From NCBI GenBank assembly GCA_963758525.1, contig CAVWVQ010000004.1, positions 1-64,000 of the forward strand: 64,000 nt of DNA, in the 5' to 3' direction. The DNA comes from an uncultured Phycisphaerales bacterium. GTDB taxonomy: Bacteria > Planctomycetota > Phycisphaerae > Tepidisphaerales > Tepidisphaeraceae. Shown in pieces: positions 32,002-41,812 of the stretch (positions are counted from its first letter, which is position 1; every line of letters starts with the position of its first letter). A program made the translations under genes and the position numbers. A model generated the notes under the pieces. That model was not told where the DNA came from. It searched no databases and worked only from the letters and a program-made list of their open reading frames with translations.

Positions 32002-33428
32002 GGGACGACGCTCGCTTGCGGATCTTTGAGTTCCACGACAATAACGCTGGCCATCACGTTAGGAGCATAGTGCTGCGTTTGCACAACCGGCCCGTCCTTG
32101 ATCATTGTCACCGGAAGCTCTGTCGAAGGGTCACTTAAAAGATATGCTTTCTTGATTTCGCCTTTGAACGCGGGGAGCTTGAATCCGCCGCTCGGCCAGT
32201 GGAATACGGTGAAATAGAGCTTGCCGGGTTTGGTCGTGCAGCGCCAATCGAGAAATGGCAGATTGACAGTTCTGCCGTTGGCTTGAGTCACTTGATGGTA
32301 GCCGGGAAAGCCTTCTGCAAATGGAGATCGGCCCGCGCCATAGAGCGCTTCGCCGTTCACCTTCAGCCATCGCCCCAGGGTCAGCAGATTTTCGCGCACC
32401 ACCACCGGAATAACGCCCTGCGCTGTCGGCCCGACATCCAGCAGGTAGTTTCCGCCTTTACTGGCAACATCCATTAAAATGGCAAGCACCTGACTGGGCG
32501 ATTTGTAATCCGAATCGTTTTGATCAAAGCCCCAATTGTGATTCAGCTCCCCGGGCGTTTCCCAATCGCCAGTCACGCTGGCGTTGGGAATTCCGTTGTC
32601 GCCCATCGTGGCGTAATCGCCCGGAATGCCGAGCCGGCCATCAATTAAACATGCGGGTTGGAGCGAATGCACAATGTCCGCGATCGGCTGCGCCCGTTGC
32701 GGGGTCATCAGCGCCGGCGTGTCGAAGAACAACTCGCATACCGGGCCGTAATCGGTCAGCAGCTCCTTCACCTGCGGCTCCACCTTTGTCCTGAGATAGT
32801 TGTCAAAAGCGCCATCCTTGTCCTTCGCGCTGTCCCTCCCGTAATCCCACGCGTTCCCCTCGCCACCAGGCTCGTGCCAATCGACCGACTGTGAGTAATA
32901 GAATCCCAGCTTGATCCCATGCTTCGCGCACGCGTCGGCAAGTTCGCGGCACGGATCGCGATGAAACGGTGTCGCGTCCACGATGTTGTAAGGGGATGCT
33001 TTCGAGTGATACATCGCAAATCCATCCCCGTGCTTGGCAGTGATGACGATGTATTTCATCCCGGCATCCTGTGCCATCTGCACCCATTGTTCGGCGTCGA
33101 AATCCACTGGATTAAATTGGGCGGCTAACGGTTCGTATTCCTTCACGGGAATCGGCACGTGCGCCATGATCCACTCGCTGCTGGGACGAATCGCCCTGCC
33201 CTTCCAAACTCCAGCGGGAATGGCGTAAAGCCCCCAATGGATGAACAGGCCGTATTTCGCCTCGCGAAACCAGGCCATCTTTTTGTCATGGCCGGGGGAG
33301 TTCTGCGACGACGCCGGCATCGTTGTCATGACCTCCGGCATCGTTTGTGCCATGCTGTTTGCGCCAGCCAACGCAACCATCAACGTCAGAGAGAAAATGG
33401 ATCCGAACGGCGTGTGTTTCCAAGTCAT
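31998..33428 (-). CDS. GH29 alpha-L-fucosidase
   Basis: AKYGLFIHWGLY, TAKHGDGF, GFYYS, KGGNYLLDVGP. Confidence 0.9.
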   Translation of the reverse strand: MTWKHTPFGSIFSLTLMVALAGANSMAQTMPEVMTTMPASSQNSPGHDKKMAWFREAKYGLFIHWGLYAIPAGVWKGRAIRPSSEWIMAHVPIPVKEYEPLAAQFNPVDFDAEQWVQMAQDAGMKYIVITAKHGDGFAMYHSKASPYNIVDATPFHRDPCRELADACAKHGIKLGFYYSQSVDWHEPGGEGNAWDYGRDSAKDKDGAFDNYLRTKVEPQVKELLTDYGPVCELFFDTPALMTPQRAQPIADIVHSLQPACLIDGRLGIPGDYATMGDNGIPNASVTGDWETPGELNHNWGFDQNDSDYKSPSQVLAILMDVASKGGNYLLDVGPTAQGVIPVVVRENLLTLGRWLKVNGEALYGAGRSPFAEGFPGYHQVTQANGRTVNLPFLDWRCTTKPGKLYFTVFHWPSGGFKLPAFKGEIKKAYLLSDPSTELPVTMIKDGPVVQTQHYAPNVMASVIVVELKDPQASVVP

Positions 33429-33537
33429 ATTGTTGCTCTGTCGAAATCTCGTCTGTTTGCTTCGCATTCTCGTCAACGTCAGTCGTCGGTAGGATCGCGG
33501 GGCCGGCTGGGCGCTCGAAAGTGGCGATCGGCTCCGA

Positions 33538-33605
33538 GTAGGGCGGGATTCATCCCGCCAATTTTTTCGCCGGCCGAGAAAACGGCGGGATGAATCCCGC
33601 CCTAC
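33538..33605. repeat. GTAG-family REP doublet
   Basis: gtagggcgggattcatcccgcc-N24-ggcgggatgaatcccgccctac, perfect inverted pair. Confidence 0.9.
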
Positions 33606-33672
33606 CATCGCAAGATCCGCAATCGCCACAATTAAAACTTACACCCGGCCGCCTGCACAGTCCGACCACCTC

Positions 33673-35241
33673 TCATTTTGTCTGACCGGCTCCCGGTAAG
33701 GGTTTAGAGGCTGCAAACGGGCTGTCGGTTCGAAATGGAACCGCGGGCAACCCAGCCTTGTTGAAGAAATTCGGCGTCGCTTTTTCATCCCAGGCAAATC
33801 GCACTGTTTTTGGCTCGGGCACCTGCGGGCTGGTGATGACGATCGCGTCCCCGGAGATTTCGGCTTGAGCCGGATAAAACTTGCCGTCGGCGCCGGCAGT
33901 GGTGAACCAGTCCAGAGGCTTCCCGTCTTTAGAGACGAGTCCGCCATCAACGTGGGTAAAGTGCAGGACGGCCTTAAACCCTTCTCGTTCGATGCTGCCG
34001 TTGCGATAGATCGGTCCGGACGGTTCGATTTTGCGGCCGTACTCCTTTGCCAGGGCCCATAGCGCCAGTCGCTCCCCAACCTCCTTCTTATGTGGCGGAT
34101 GCATATTCTTCAGGTCGCCGACGTCGGTGGTTACGACCATTCCAGTGTTGGGCAACTGCAACGCCTCCGCCTGCGCTTCGCGAAAAGCGGGCTCCGCGTC
34201 CGGCAGATCCGCGAATCCCGCCCGGGATGAATATTGCAACGGCGGCAACTGCACAAAGTAGAACGGCAGGTCACGGCCCCACGCCGCACGCCAACTCTCG
34301 ATCAGCGCCTTCTGTTTGTTTGCATAGATCGCACCGTCCTTCTCCAGGAGGTTGGACTCACCCTGATACCACAGCACGCCCCGAATCGCGCAAGGAACCA
34401 ACGGATGAATCATCCCGTTGTACAGCGTGCTGATGGTCGTTCCGTGGAATTTCACCTTAGGCGTCTTCGCGGCGGTCGCGAAGTCGGCCAGTGCCGGGTC
34501 GTTGTCGAAGCCGGACGCAGGCATCCAACCCTCGATGTGCGTGCCCCCCGCCGTCGCTTCCATCATGCCGATGGGAACGTTCAGTTCCCCAAACAGCTTG
34601 CGGGCAAAGAAGTAGCCGACGGCGGAAAACTTTATCTCGTCGAGCGAAGCGGGTGTGCAGACGACCCAGCCCTTCCATGGATAATCCGCCTTGGGCCGGG
34701 TGGTCGTTTCGATGTCGGGCGAGGGTTTTTCCGTGTTGGAGATTTCTTCGTTCAGCAATCGAATCAGCGGGTAGTTTGCCTCAGCCAATTCGTGCTCGGC
34801 ATCGATCGTGGTCACCGGCTGGCCCCGCCACGTTCCCACTGGCTTTTGCATATTGGACTGGCCCGAACACAGCCAGACCTCGCCAACAAGTACATCCTTG
34901 AATGTGACCGATTCCTTTCCCGCGATCGTCAGTTCCGCCGGCGTGGCGGAGATCTGCAGCGGATCAAGCTCAACCTGCCAGCGGCCCAGTCCGGCAAAGG
35001 GGGAGACCGGGCGCGTCGTCAAAGCGGGCGTTGCCGCGCCGGCCGTCGCGTGCTTTTCCTGGCCGGCGAAACGCACAGTGATCTGTTCACCCGGCTCGGC
35101 CCAGCCCCATACCGGCACCGGCATCCCCGACTGCAGCACCATATGATCGCCGAAGATGTGCGGCGTCAGCAACGCGAACGCGGGGGAACTGCCGCAAAAT
35201 ATCGCAACGGCGAAGAGTGGAATGGCATACTTGATCTTCAT
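33673..35241 (-). CDS. Sialate O-acetylesterase (SASA/SGNH)
   Basis: GEVWLCSGQSNM, FSAVGYFF, WYQGESN, PFYFVQL, HPPHK. Confidence 0.9.
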   Translation of the reverse strand: MKIKYAIPLFAVAIFCGSSPAFALLTPHIFGDHMVLQSGMPVPVWGWAEPGEQITVRFAGQEKHATAGAATPALTTRPVSPFAGLGRWQVELDPLQISATPAELTIAGKESVTFKDVLVGEVWLCSGQSNMQKPVGTWRGQPVTTIDAEHELAEANYPLIRLLNEEISNTEKPSPDIETTTRPKADYPWKGWVVCTPASLDEIKFSAVGYFFARKLFGELNVPIGMMEATAGGTHIEGWMPASGFDNDPALADFATAAKTPKVKFHGTTISTLYNGMIHPLVPCAIRGVLWYQGESNLLEKDGAIYANKQKALIESWRAAWGRDLPFYFVQLPPLQYSSRAGFADLPDAEPAFREAQAEALQLPNTGMVVTTDVGDLKNMHPPHKKEVGERLALWALAKEYGRKIEPSGPIYRNGSIEREGFKAVLHFTHVDGGLVSKDGKPLDWFTTAGADGKFYPAQAEISGDAIVITSPQVPEPKTVRFAWDEKATPNFFNKAGLPAVPFRTDSPFAASKPLPGAGQTK

Positions 35242-35440
35242 GCCGCGGGGCTCCTTTCAGAATCGGTTTCCGGGCGAAACCAGGCGCGTTTTGCATCGCT
35301 AAGAACGCGCGAACGAAGAACTCGATCTGTCAGCTTGAATCCGATCACTCCGCCCGGACTTTCTTGCGAGGGGATTGCCCGCCGAGCCAGCACAGGTCGC
35401 TCCCGCCGGCCTGAGTTCATATCACCCGGATGCGAAAGCG

Positions 35441-35472
35441 TTTGTCTCAAAATTGTACTATACTTTTGTCAC
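35441..35472 (-). promoter_or_regulatory. Partial GTGACAAA operator-like motif
   Basis: Minus strand GTGACAAAAGTATA...GAGACAAACGCT; 13 of 14 bases match the site at 38903. Confidence 0.45.
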
Positions 35473-35508
35473 ATACACCGGCTTTCTGTGCGGGATCCCA
35501 GGCCATGA

Positions 35509-37428
35509 TCATTGCGGATTCACTTCGAGCCGGACGTAGTCGTAAAGAACGCCATCTGTCCAGGTGCGGACCTGCTTTGTGAGTTCGACGACATTCTCCC
35601 CCGCCTTCAGCAGCGACGCATCGAACTTCAAATCGCGCTCGACTTCAATGCTGCGGATCCCGTCGCGATGCATCACGCCCATGTTCGGCAGGTCTCCGGT
35701 GCTCCCGATCGACTTGCCATTGACGGCGGCATCCACCGGTCCTCCGCGAGCGCCGCAGATCGCCAATCGCAATGTCGCAGTGCCTTTTAGAGCCTTGTCC
35801 AGGTTAAACCGGATGCGCCAGGTCGTGTTCTTCCACCCGCCCTTGCCATCCGGCCGCGGCGGCTGGACGTAATTCCAGTCGCGCCGGTAGTCGCTCTTGC
35901 CGACCGTGAAATCGACGTCGTTGGGGAATTCCTGCGGGTAGAGGTTGTACAGCCCCCATTGCCAGTAGTGATCGCCATGACGGAATTCCTCGGCACTGCG
36001 ATTGGGAATCCCGATGTCCCAGAGCTGGCTGCCACATCGAACCGGAATCCAGGCCAATTCTCCCAGGTCGATATCCTTACCCTGCTCGATGTGCACATCA
36101 GCCCGGCTGAAATCGCCGAGGACGCCATCGGCAAATGCATAGAGCGTATAAACGCCGGGCCGGGCGTTGGGCACTTTGAAACGTCCGCTGGCATCGGCGC
36201 GAGTCCAATACTGATAGTGCTTCCCATCGATCTGCCAGTCGATCAATGCCTTGCGGCCGCGATCGAGCGTCGCCTCATACGGCGGCTGGGCCAATCCGAC
36301 CCAAGCCCCCGCGGCGCTGGCATTAGGCTCCTGAGGATCGCGTACGACAAGCTGCCCGCTGGCGCTGCCGCGCTGCTCGGCATGCTCATAGCCGGGAGCG
36401 TCCGCCCAGGCATACGGCCACGCTTTCTGCTCCTGTGCAGCACGGCCCAACGCGTCCTTCCACATCGCTTCGTTCGTTTCGCTGTGGTTGCAATAAATGC
36501 AGAACGGTCCAACGATTTTCGTCCAATCATCGGAGCCGTTGATATTGATGTCCTCGCCGCCGTAGTGGTTGCTGTGCCAAGCGAACAGAAGCGTGGGATC
36601 GGCGGGAGGCGACGGCTTGAGATCGATATGACCCGTCAGCTCCACCTTGATCGGGGCGCCGATGATGTACTCGATGCTGGGATTGACGATCCATAATCCG
36701 ACGTGCTGACTGGAGCTGCTCCATCCCCAGGCGGGCGTCTGGGAGAACATCGCGGAATAATCGTATTTGTGTTCGACCTCTCCCTGGTGAATGCCGGTGG
36801 TCATCCGCCGCGCTTCCCAGAGATTGAGTTGCTGGCCATTCACCCAATCCTCGCCGCTGATCATCTCCCGCTGTCGGCGGCTGTCCACGCTGAGATAGTC
36901 GAAAACCTTCGGATTCAGTTTGAGACAGAAGGTGCCGGCCTCAATGTTGAAGCCGGGATTTCCCGGATCGTGATGAATAATGGTCCATCCAAAGAGTCCT
37001 GAGTCACCGTGGTGGAGCGCATAGCGGATTTCGAGATTCATCGGCACCGCTCCCGGTTGGCCGTGGTACGGGAACCGCACCGCGACTTCTGCGATGGCGC
37101 CGCCATTCTTTGCTGGATCCTGTGTTATTTGAAATTCGAACGGAAGCGGCTTCTTCTCCGTTTTCGCCTGGCCGGGTGTTTCACCGTAACAATTCCAGTA
37201 CGCGCCGCCCCGGCTGAGCATGTCGACGCCACGGTATTGCAGCGAGCGCAGGTTGGCGTTTGTCTTGTCGATGATTGCCGAGACGATGCCGTTCGACAGA
37301 GTGACACTTGCGGCGTCCTGGGTGATGACGACTGCGTTCGGCTCCGCTGCCCTCGCGCGCGTGACGGCGCAGGTCACGATCAGCAGCAGCAATGCCGTTG
37401 TCAATTGTTTGGGGGGAGTGACGCCCAT
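35509..37428 (-). CDS. PL4 rhamnogalacturonan endolyase
   Basis: EHKYDYS, WTKIVGPF, YQYWTRADASGRF, PGVYTLYA, LWDIGIPNRSAEEF, LYDYVRLE. Confidence 0.9.
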   Translation of the reverse strand: MGVTPPKQLTTALLLLIVTCAVTRARAAEPNAVVITQDAASVTLSNGIVSAIIDKTNANLRSLQYRGVDMLSRGGAYWNCYGETPGQAKTEKKPLPFEFQITQDPAKNGGAIAEVAVRFPYHGQPGAVPMNLEIRYALHHGDSGLFGWTIIHHDPGNPGFNIEAGTFCLKLNPKVFDYLSVDSRRQREMISGEDWVNGQQLNLWEARRMTTGIHQGEVEHKYDYSAMFSQTPAWGWSSSSQHVGLWIVNPSIEYIIGAPIKVELTGHIDLKPSPPADPTLLFAWHSNHYGGEDININGSDDWTKIVGPFCIYCNHSETNEAMWKDALGRAAQEQKAWPYAWADAPGYEHAEQRGSASGQLVVRDPQEPNASAAGAWVGLAQPPYEATLDRGRKALIDWQIDGKHYQYWTRADASGRFKVPNARPGVYTLYAFADGVLGDFSRADVHIEQGKDIDLGELAWIPVRCGSQLWDIGIPNRSAEEFRHGDHYWQWGLYNLYPQEFPNDVDFTVGKSDYRRDWNYVQPPRPDGKGGWKNTTWRIRFNLDKALKGTATLRLAICGARGGPVDAAVNGKSIGSTGDLPNMGVMHRDGIRSIEVERDLKFDASLLKAGENVVELTKQVRTWTDGVLYDYVRLEVNPQ

Positions 37429-37597
37429 GTGTCAGTTAACAAATCGGGATTCGCCGGGATATGCTACCGGTCACCCCTGAAGAAGCGGGCATTTGTCTCA
37501 TCGCACCGCCGTGCGATGAGCAGATGCCGGTTGAGTTCCTAGACCAAGATCAAGCATCCCTCTCAGAGCGTCAGCCACAGGGCTTGGTTTGGAAACG

Positions 37598-38623
37598 CTA
37601 TTTCCACGGAACCACGGTTTTATACTTATTTGGCAGCTTGTCGATGTTGCCGAAGGGGACTCCGGGGAGCGCCATATACTTGGAGGGATCGCGACCATCG
37701 GCCTCGGTCTCCAAAACGTCCAATGTGTCGAAATACTGCCGGTTACCGGTCGAGTAGCCAAGATTAAGGCCATACCCGTTGGAGTTCGCCGCATTGACCG
37801 CCGGGTCATAGGCGTAATCGTCGTTCACCGTCGTTACATGACCATCGGGGTACAACATGTTGAAGGAAGGGCGCGTACCCGACTTCCACGTGTGGGGAAA
37901 GTACCAGATGGGAGCATTGTTTGGTGTATTTGCGAAGAGAGTGCTTCTGTAAATACTGCCGTCTTTTATACCGCTGTTGTAATAAAACTCACACGCCATA
38001 ACGAGTTGGGGAGGGATCTGGTCGATCCTGCGATACGCATGCGTGTAAGAGCCGCCATACACGAACGAATAGGCGATAATAGGATTGATCATGTATGAGC
38101 CCCCGTAGGCGATATTCGCGTTCAGGACCGTACCCTCGCTTAGAATCGCCGGGCAGAATCTCACCCTTGCGAAGTCGGGATTCATCTGGTCATCAATCTG
38201 TCCATTTGAAGGAGGGAAGTTGGTGGCTGGATTCAGTGTGAATCCAAACGGAGGGAGGCCCAGGTAATTCACCAGTTGTCCGACATTCGCGCCGCGATCA
38301 CTGAAGGTATGGGTGGCGGCGTTGTAATTACTGGGGCTCGGCCCGCCCTGCCAGACGTCCAGAAAATTTTCCACATTAGGCGTCCCCCCGCCCGAACCCG
38401 AGTATTCCGGCAGGCATTGATGGTTGTCGATCGTGTAGCTGATCATTGCCATCCCGATCTGGCGCAGGTTCGACATGCAATTGGTCAACTGCGCCTGCTT
38501 TCTCGCCTTGCCCAAAGCCGGCAGCAGGATTGAAACCAGCACCGCGATGATGCCGATCACCACCAGCAGTTCGACCAGCGTAAAACCATGCAGAACCCTC
38601 TGAGAAGCGGCGTGTTTGCGCAT
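37598..38623 (-). CDS. Prepilin-type / DUF1559-like protein (no. 2)
   Basis: [56 protein letters not shown]. Confidence 0.9.
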   Translation of the reverse strand: MRKHAASQRVLHGFTLVELLVVIGIIAVLVSILLPALGKARKQAQLTNCMSNLRQIGMAMISYTIDNHQCLPEYSGSGGGTPNVENFLDVWQGGPSPSNYNAATHTFSDRGANVGQLVNYLGLPPFGFTLNPATNFPPSNGQIDDQMNPDFARVRFCPAILSEGTVLNANIAYGGSYMINPIIAYSFVYGGSYTHAYRRIDQIPPQLVMACEFYYNSGIKDGSIYRSTLFANTPNNAPIWYFPHTWKSGTRPSFNMLYPDGHVTTVNDDYAYDPAVNAANSNGYGLNLGYSTGNRQYFDTLDVLETEADGRDPSKYMALPGVPFGNIDKLPNKYKTVVPWK

Positions 38624-38838
38624 ATGGACATCGCGAGAAAAAGTTGCACCCCTTTTTCGGTTCGTGGCACCGACGCCGCGAGAACACTCGAACATCGCCA
38701 GGCAGTCCGCGTCGCTCATCTCCTTGCGGACGATTTCTCGTTCGCTACCGCAACCTCGTCTTGGCCGGCGGGGCTCCGTAGAAATGATAGCTCCTGAAAG
38801 TTCCGGCACGACTCTCCTCATAACCGGGAACGCCCCTA

Positions 38839-38903
38839 ATTCTAGCACCATGTTCGACCCTGACAACGGGGGACTTCATGCATTTTTAGTATACTTTTGT
38901 CGC
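38839..38903 (-). promoter_or_regulatory. Promoter with upstream GCGACAAA box
   Basis: GCGACAAA-N29-TTGTCA-N16-TAGAAT on the minus strand; spacer contains AAAAATGCATGAAGT. Confidence 0.6.
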
Positions 38904-39099
38904 AATGCGCGGGGCTTCGATCCCCGTCCGCACGGAGCTCCGCAATGGGAGGAGCATATGGCGCGCCATCCTCGGTCTTCGTGCCCCTGGTGCTGCGGCT
39001 GCGGGTGAGAAATATTCAGTAGTTGCAGCATCACCAAAAGCCCCGTGCCGGTATATTACGTCGGCGGGTATCATCAACAGTCCGGCAGGAGCAGGCAAA

Positions 39100-41586
39100 A
39101 TGACGCGACGGCGGATGCATTCTTCGGGATTTCGTGCGGCGCATTGGGCAGTATTGATGGGGGCGATGGCGGCGGCCTTTGCCGGGGCGACGCGAGGGGA
39201 GGAGGGCGCGCCCGAACCGCGTGCGGCCAAGGCCGCGGGGGACCATGCTCCGGCGAAGAAGAAGCCCAAGCGCGACGTGATGAATCCCGACGCCTGGTAC
39301 AACAAAATGGACTACGGTCCCTTCCTTTCGGCCACCATCGTCAGCTCATTTCCCGATAAAAACATCACATATAAGGGCGTCGCGGTGAAGCTGACAGGCG
39401 ATGAGGCGGTCAACATTCTCTTCGACACACAGTTGATGCGCGTGGCGGCAGCGTGGAAGGGCGGGTTTCTAAAACTCGATGGGGTGGCCTATAGCGGAAC
39501 GCACGGGGTCAATCCGTCGCTGGCCGGAGAGCAAATCTTCGGCTCGCATAACTCGCCCGGCTGGGCTCATGAGGGGTCGTTCCACGATCCGCGCCCGGAG
39601 CCGTTTGGTGGAATGCCACGCAATTACATGCACTATCGCGGGCTTTACCGCGACGGCGGCCAGGTCGTCTTTTCCTACACCGTCGGCGATATGGACGTCC
39701 TCGAACTGCCCGGCACAGAGGGCGCCGGCGACGAGCTCGCCATCACGCGCACGATTCAGGCGGGCCCCTCGAAAAGCGCACAGACGCTGATCGTCAGTGA
39801 ACTGGACGCGGGCAAGGGAGGCGTCGGGCCGGTGTCGGGGGGAATCGGATCAGATCAGAAGGGACCTGCCGGCAAGACGATCGCCGTCATCGAGAATAAC
39901 GGCAACGCCACGGCAGCGGGTCTGACGGGCGCGCGAGCGGGGGCGACGTGGGAAGTGGTGGACGACAGGGGGCCGAGCATTCGGCTGACGCTTCCGCCGC
40001 ATGGTGCGAAGGAGACATTGAAGCTGGTGATTTGGAGCGGGCCCTCGGCGGGTCTGGAAAAGTTTGCCACGGCCCTGAAGGGGACTGCGATCGCAGACGT
40101 CGCGGCGCTGTGCAAGGGCGGCCCCGCCCGTTGGCCGCAAGAACTCGCCACGCAAGGGGCGCTTGGCGACGCCGATCCGAAGAACGCCAAGTCCGCTTAT
40201 GTTGTGGATGAGATTCTGCCGCCGAAAGAGAATCCCGGTCAGTCGTTTCTGCGCTTCGGCGGATTCGATCTGTTTCCGGATGGGAAGTCGGCGGCGCTGT
40301 GTACCTGGAACGGAGACGTATGGGTGGTGAAGGGAATCGATGCGAAGCTCGATCACCTGACCTGGCGACGAATTGCGGGCGGACTGTTTCAGACGCTGGG
40401 ACTGAAGATCGTCGACGGCGAGATCTACGTCATGGGACGCGATCAGATCACGCATCTGCACGATCTCAACGGCGATGGCGAAGCGGATTTCTACGAGAAC
40501 TTCAATAACGATGTGACGGTGGCCCCGGCGTTCCATGAGTTTGCCTTTGATCTCCAGCAGGACGCGGAGGGCAATTTTTATTTCGCCAAGGCCGGCGGAG
40601 TGCGTGCCGGCGGGCGTGGTTTTGAAACACCGGTTACTGCCGACCAGGGGACGGTGATGCGCGTGTCGAAGGATGGGAGCCGGCTCGATGTGATCGCTTC
40701 GGGGTTCCGCGCGCCCAACGGCATGTGCGTCGGCCCCGACGGGCAGATCGTGACCGGTGACAACCAGGGAAGCTGGATCCCGGTCGATCGCATCAACTGG
40801 GTGAAGCCGGGCGGCTTCTATGGCGTTCCCGAGTTGGCCCACCGCACGCCGACGCCAACGACCACCGACAACCCGCTCTGCTGGATGATCTATCCCAGCT
40901 GGGACAACTCCAACGGCGACCCCGTCTTCTGCACCAGCGACCGGTTCGGCCCGTTCAAGGATCAACTGCTCTATCTGTCCTACGGACAGTGTCACCTTTT
41001 CACCGTAATGAAAGAGGAAAAGGATGGCGAGATCCAGGGCGGTGTTTCCCGATTTCCTGTGGACTTTCAGACCGGCAGCATGCGGGCCCGCTTCAGCAAG
41101 ACCGACGGCGATCTGTACGTTTGCGGCCTCAAGGGCTGGCAAACGAGTGCCCGCAAAGACACCGCTTTCGAACGCGTGCGCTATACCGGCAAGCCGGCGC
41201 ACATGCCGATTGCGCTGCACGTGAAGGATAACGGAATTGAGATCACGTTCACCGATCCGGTGCAGAAGGATTCCGCCGCCGATCCGGGGGCGTGGGACAT
41301 TCAGCAGTGGAACTATCACTGGTCGTCGGACTACGGCTCCGGCGAATATTCGGTGGCCGATCCGTCGAAGAAAGGCCACGACACCGTGGCGGTCAAATCC
41401 GCGACGCTGTCCGATGACGGAAAGACGTTGTTCCTGGGCATCGACAACCTGCAGCCGGTGATGCAGATGCTGATCCGCGGCGAGATTGAAGCGGCCGACG
41501 GAACGCCAATGACGGTGGAGATCGCCAACACGATTAACGCGGTGAATGGGAAGAAGATGGTCCTGTCCGCGACGGAAAAGGGTTAA
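39100..41586 (+). CDS. Secreted DUF6797-like protein with beta-propeller (PVC membrane-bound dehydrogenase-like) domain
   Basis: MDYGPFL..KGVAV..FDT.LMR, GRDQIT.LHDLNGDGEADFYE, GFRAPNG, DNQGSW; AGGAG RBS. Confidence 0.75.
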   Translation: MTRRRMHSSGFRAAHWAVLMGAMAAAFAGATRGEEGAPEPRAAKAAGDHAPAKKKPKRDVMNPDAWYNKMDYGPFLSATIVSSFPDKNITYKGVAVKLTGDEAVNILFDTQLMRVAAAWKGGFLKLDGVAYSGTHGVNPSLAGEQIFGSHNSPGWAHEGSFHDPRPEPFGGMPRNYMHYRGLYRDGGQVVFSYTVGDMDVLELPGTEGAGDELAITRTIQAGPSKSAQTLIVSELDAGKGGVGPVSGGIGSDQKGPAGKTIAVIENNGNATAAGLTGARAGATWEVVDDRGPSIRLTLPPHGAKETLKLVIWSGPSAGLEKFATALKGTAIADVAALCKGGPARWPQELATQGALGDADPKNAKSAYVVDEILPPKENPGQSFLRFGGFDLFPDGKSAALCTWNGDVWVVKGIDAKLDHLTWRRIAGGLFQTLGLKIVDGEIYVMGRDQITHLHDLNGDGEADFYENFNNDVTVAPAFHEFAFDLQQDAEGNFYFAKAGGVRAGGRGFETPVTADQGTVMRVSKDGSRLDVIASGFRAPNGMCVGPDGQIVTGDNQGSWIPVDRINWVKPGGFYGVPELAHRTPTPTTTDNPLCWMIYPSWDNSNGDPVFCTSDRFGPFKDQLLYLSYGQCHLFTVMKEEKDGEIQGGVSRFPVDFQTGSMRARFSKTDGDLYVCGLKGWQTSARKDTAFERVRYTGKPAHMPIALHVKDNGIEITFTDPVQKDSAADPGAWDIQQWNYHWSSDYGSGEYSVADPSKKGHDTVAVKSATLSDDGKTLFLGIDNLQPVMQMLIRGEIEAADGTPMTVEIANTINAVNGKKMVLSATEKG

Positions 41587-41622
41587 GCAGCCGTTTCAGA
41601 ACGCTCCGGCGGTCTTCCGTTG

Positions 41623-41709
41623 AGGGTTCAGGGTGTCAGGGTTCAGGGTTCAGGGTTCAGGGTTCAGGATTCAGCAGCTCGATTTTCGCTGAACCGTGAA
41701 TCCTGAATC
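41623..41709. repeat. Heptamer array (GGGTTCA)n with short inverted arm
   Basis: About 7 units at 41623-41674; ctgaaccgtgaatcctgaatc at 41689-41709. Confidence 0.9.
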
Positions 41710-41812
41710 ACGGGCTCCTAAGCAACGAGGATCGATGCCCTTAGGTTCATGGAAATCACGGATTCGATTTCGAGACGGTCTCCGAACTCCGTACCGCTCG
41801 CTCCGTCTTCCG

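Noticed and set aside
33429..33629. N-terminal extensions of GH29 (and of GH130 at 55213-55380) through REP elements
   Set aside because: Downstream starts give normal signal peptides; the extensions are probably incidental open frames.
39850..41379. Long antisense ORFs (also 30484..32070, 34234..35508, 10947..12158)
   Set aside because: Shadow frames opposite well-supported genes in GC-rich DNA, with no motifs.
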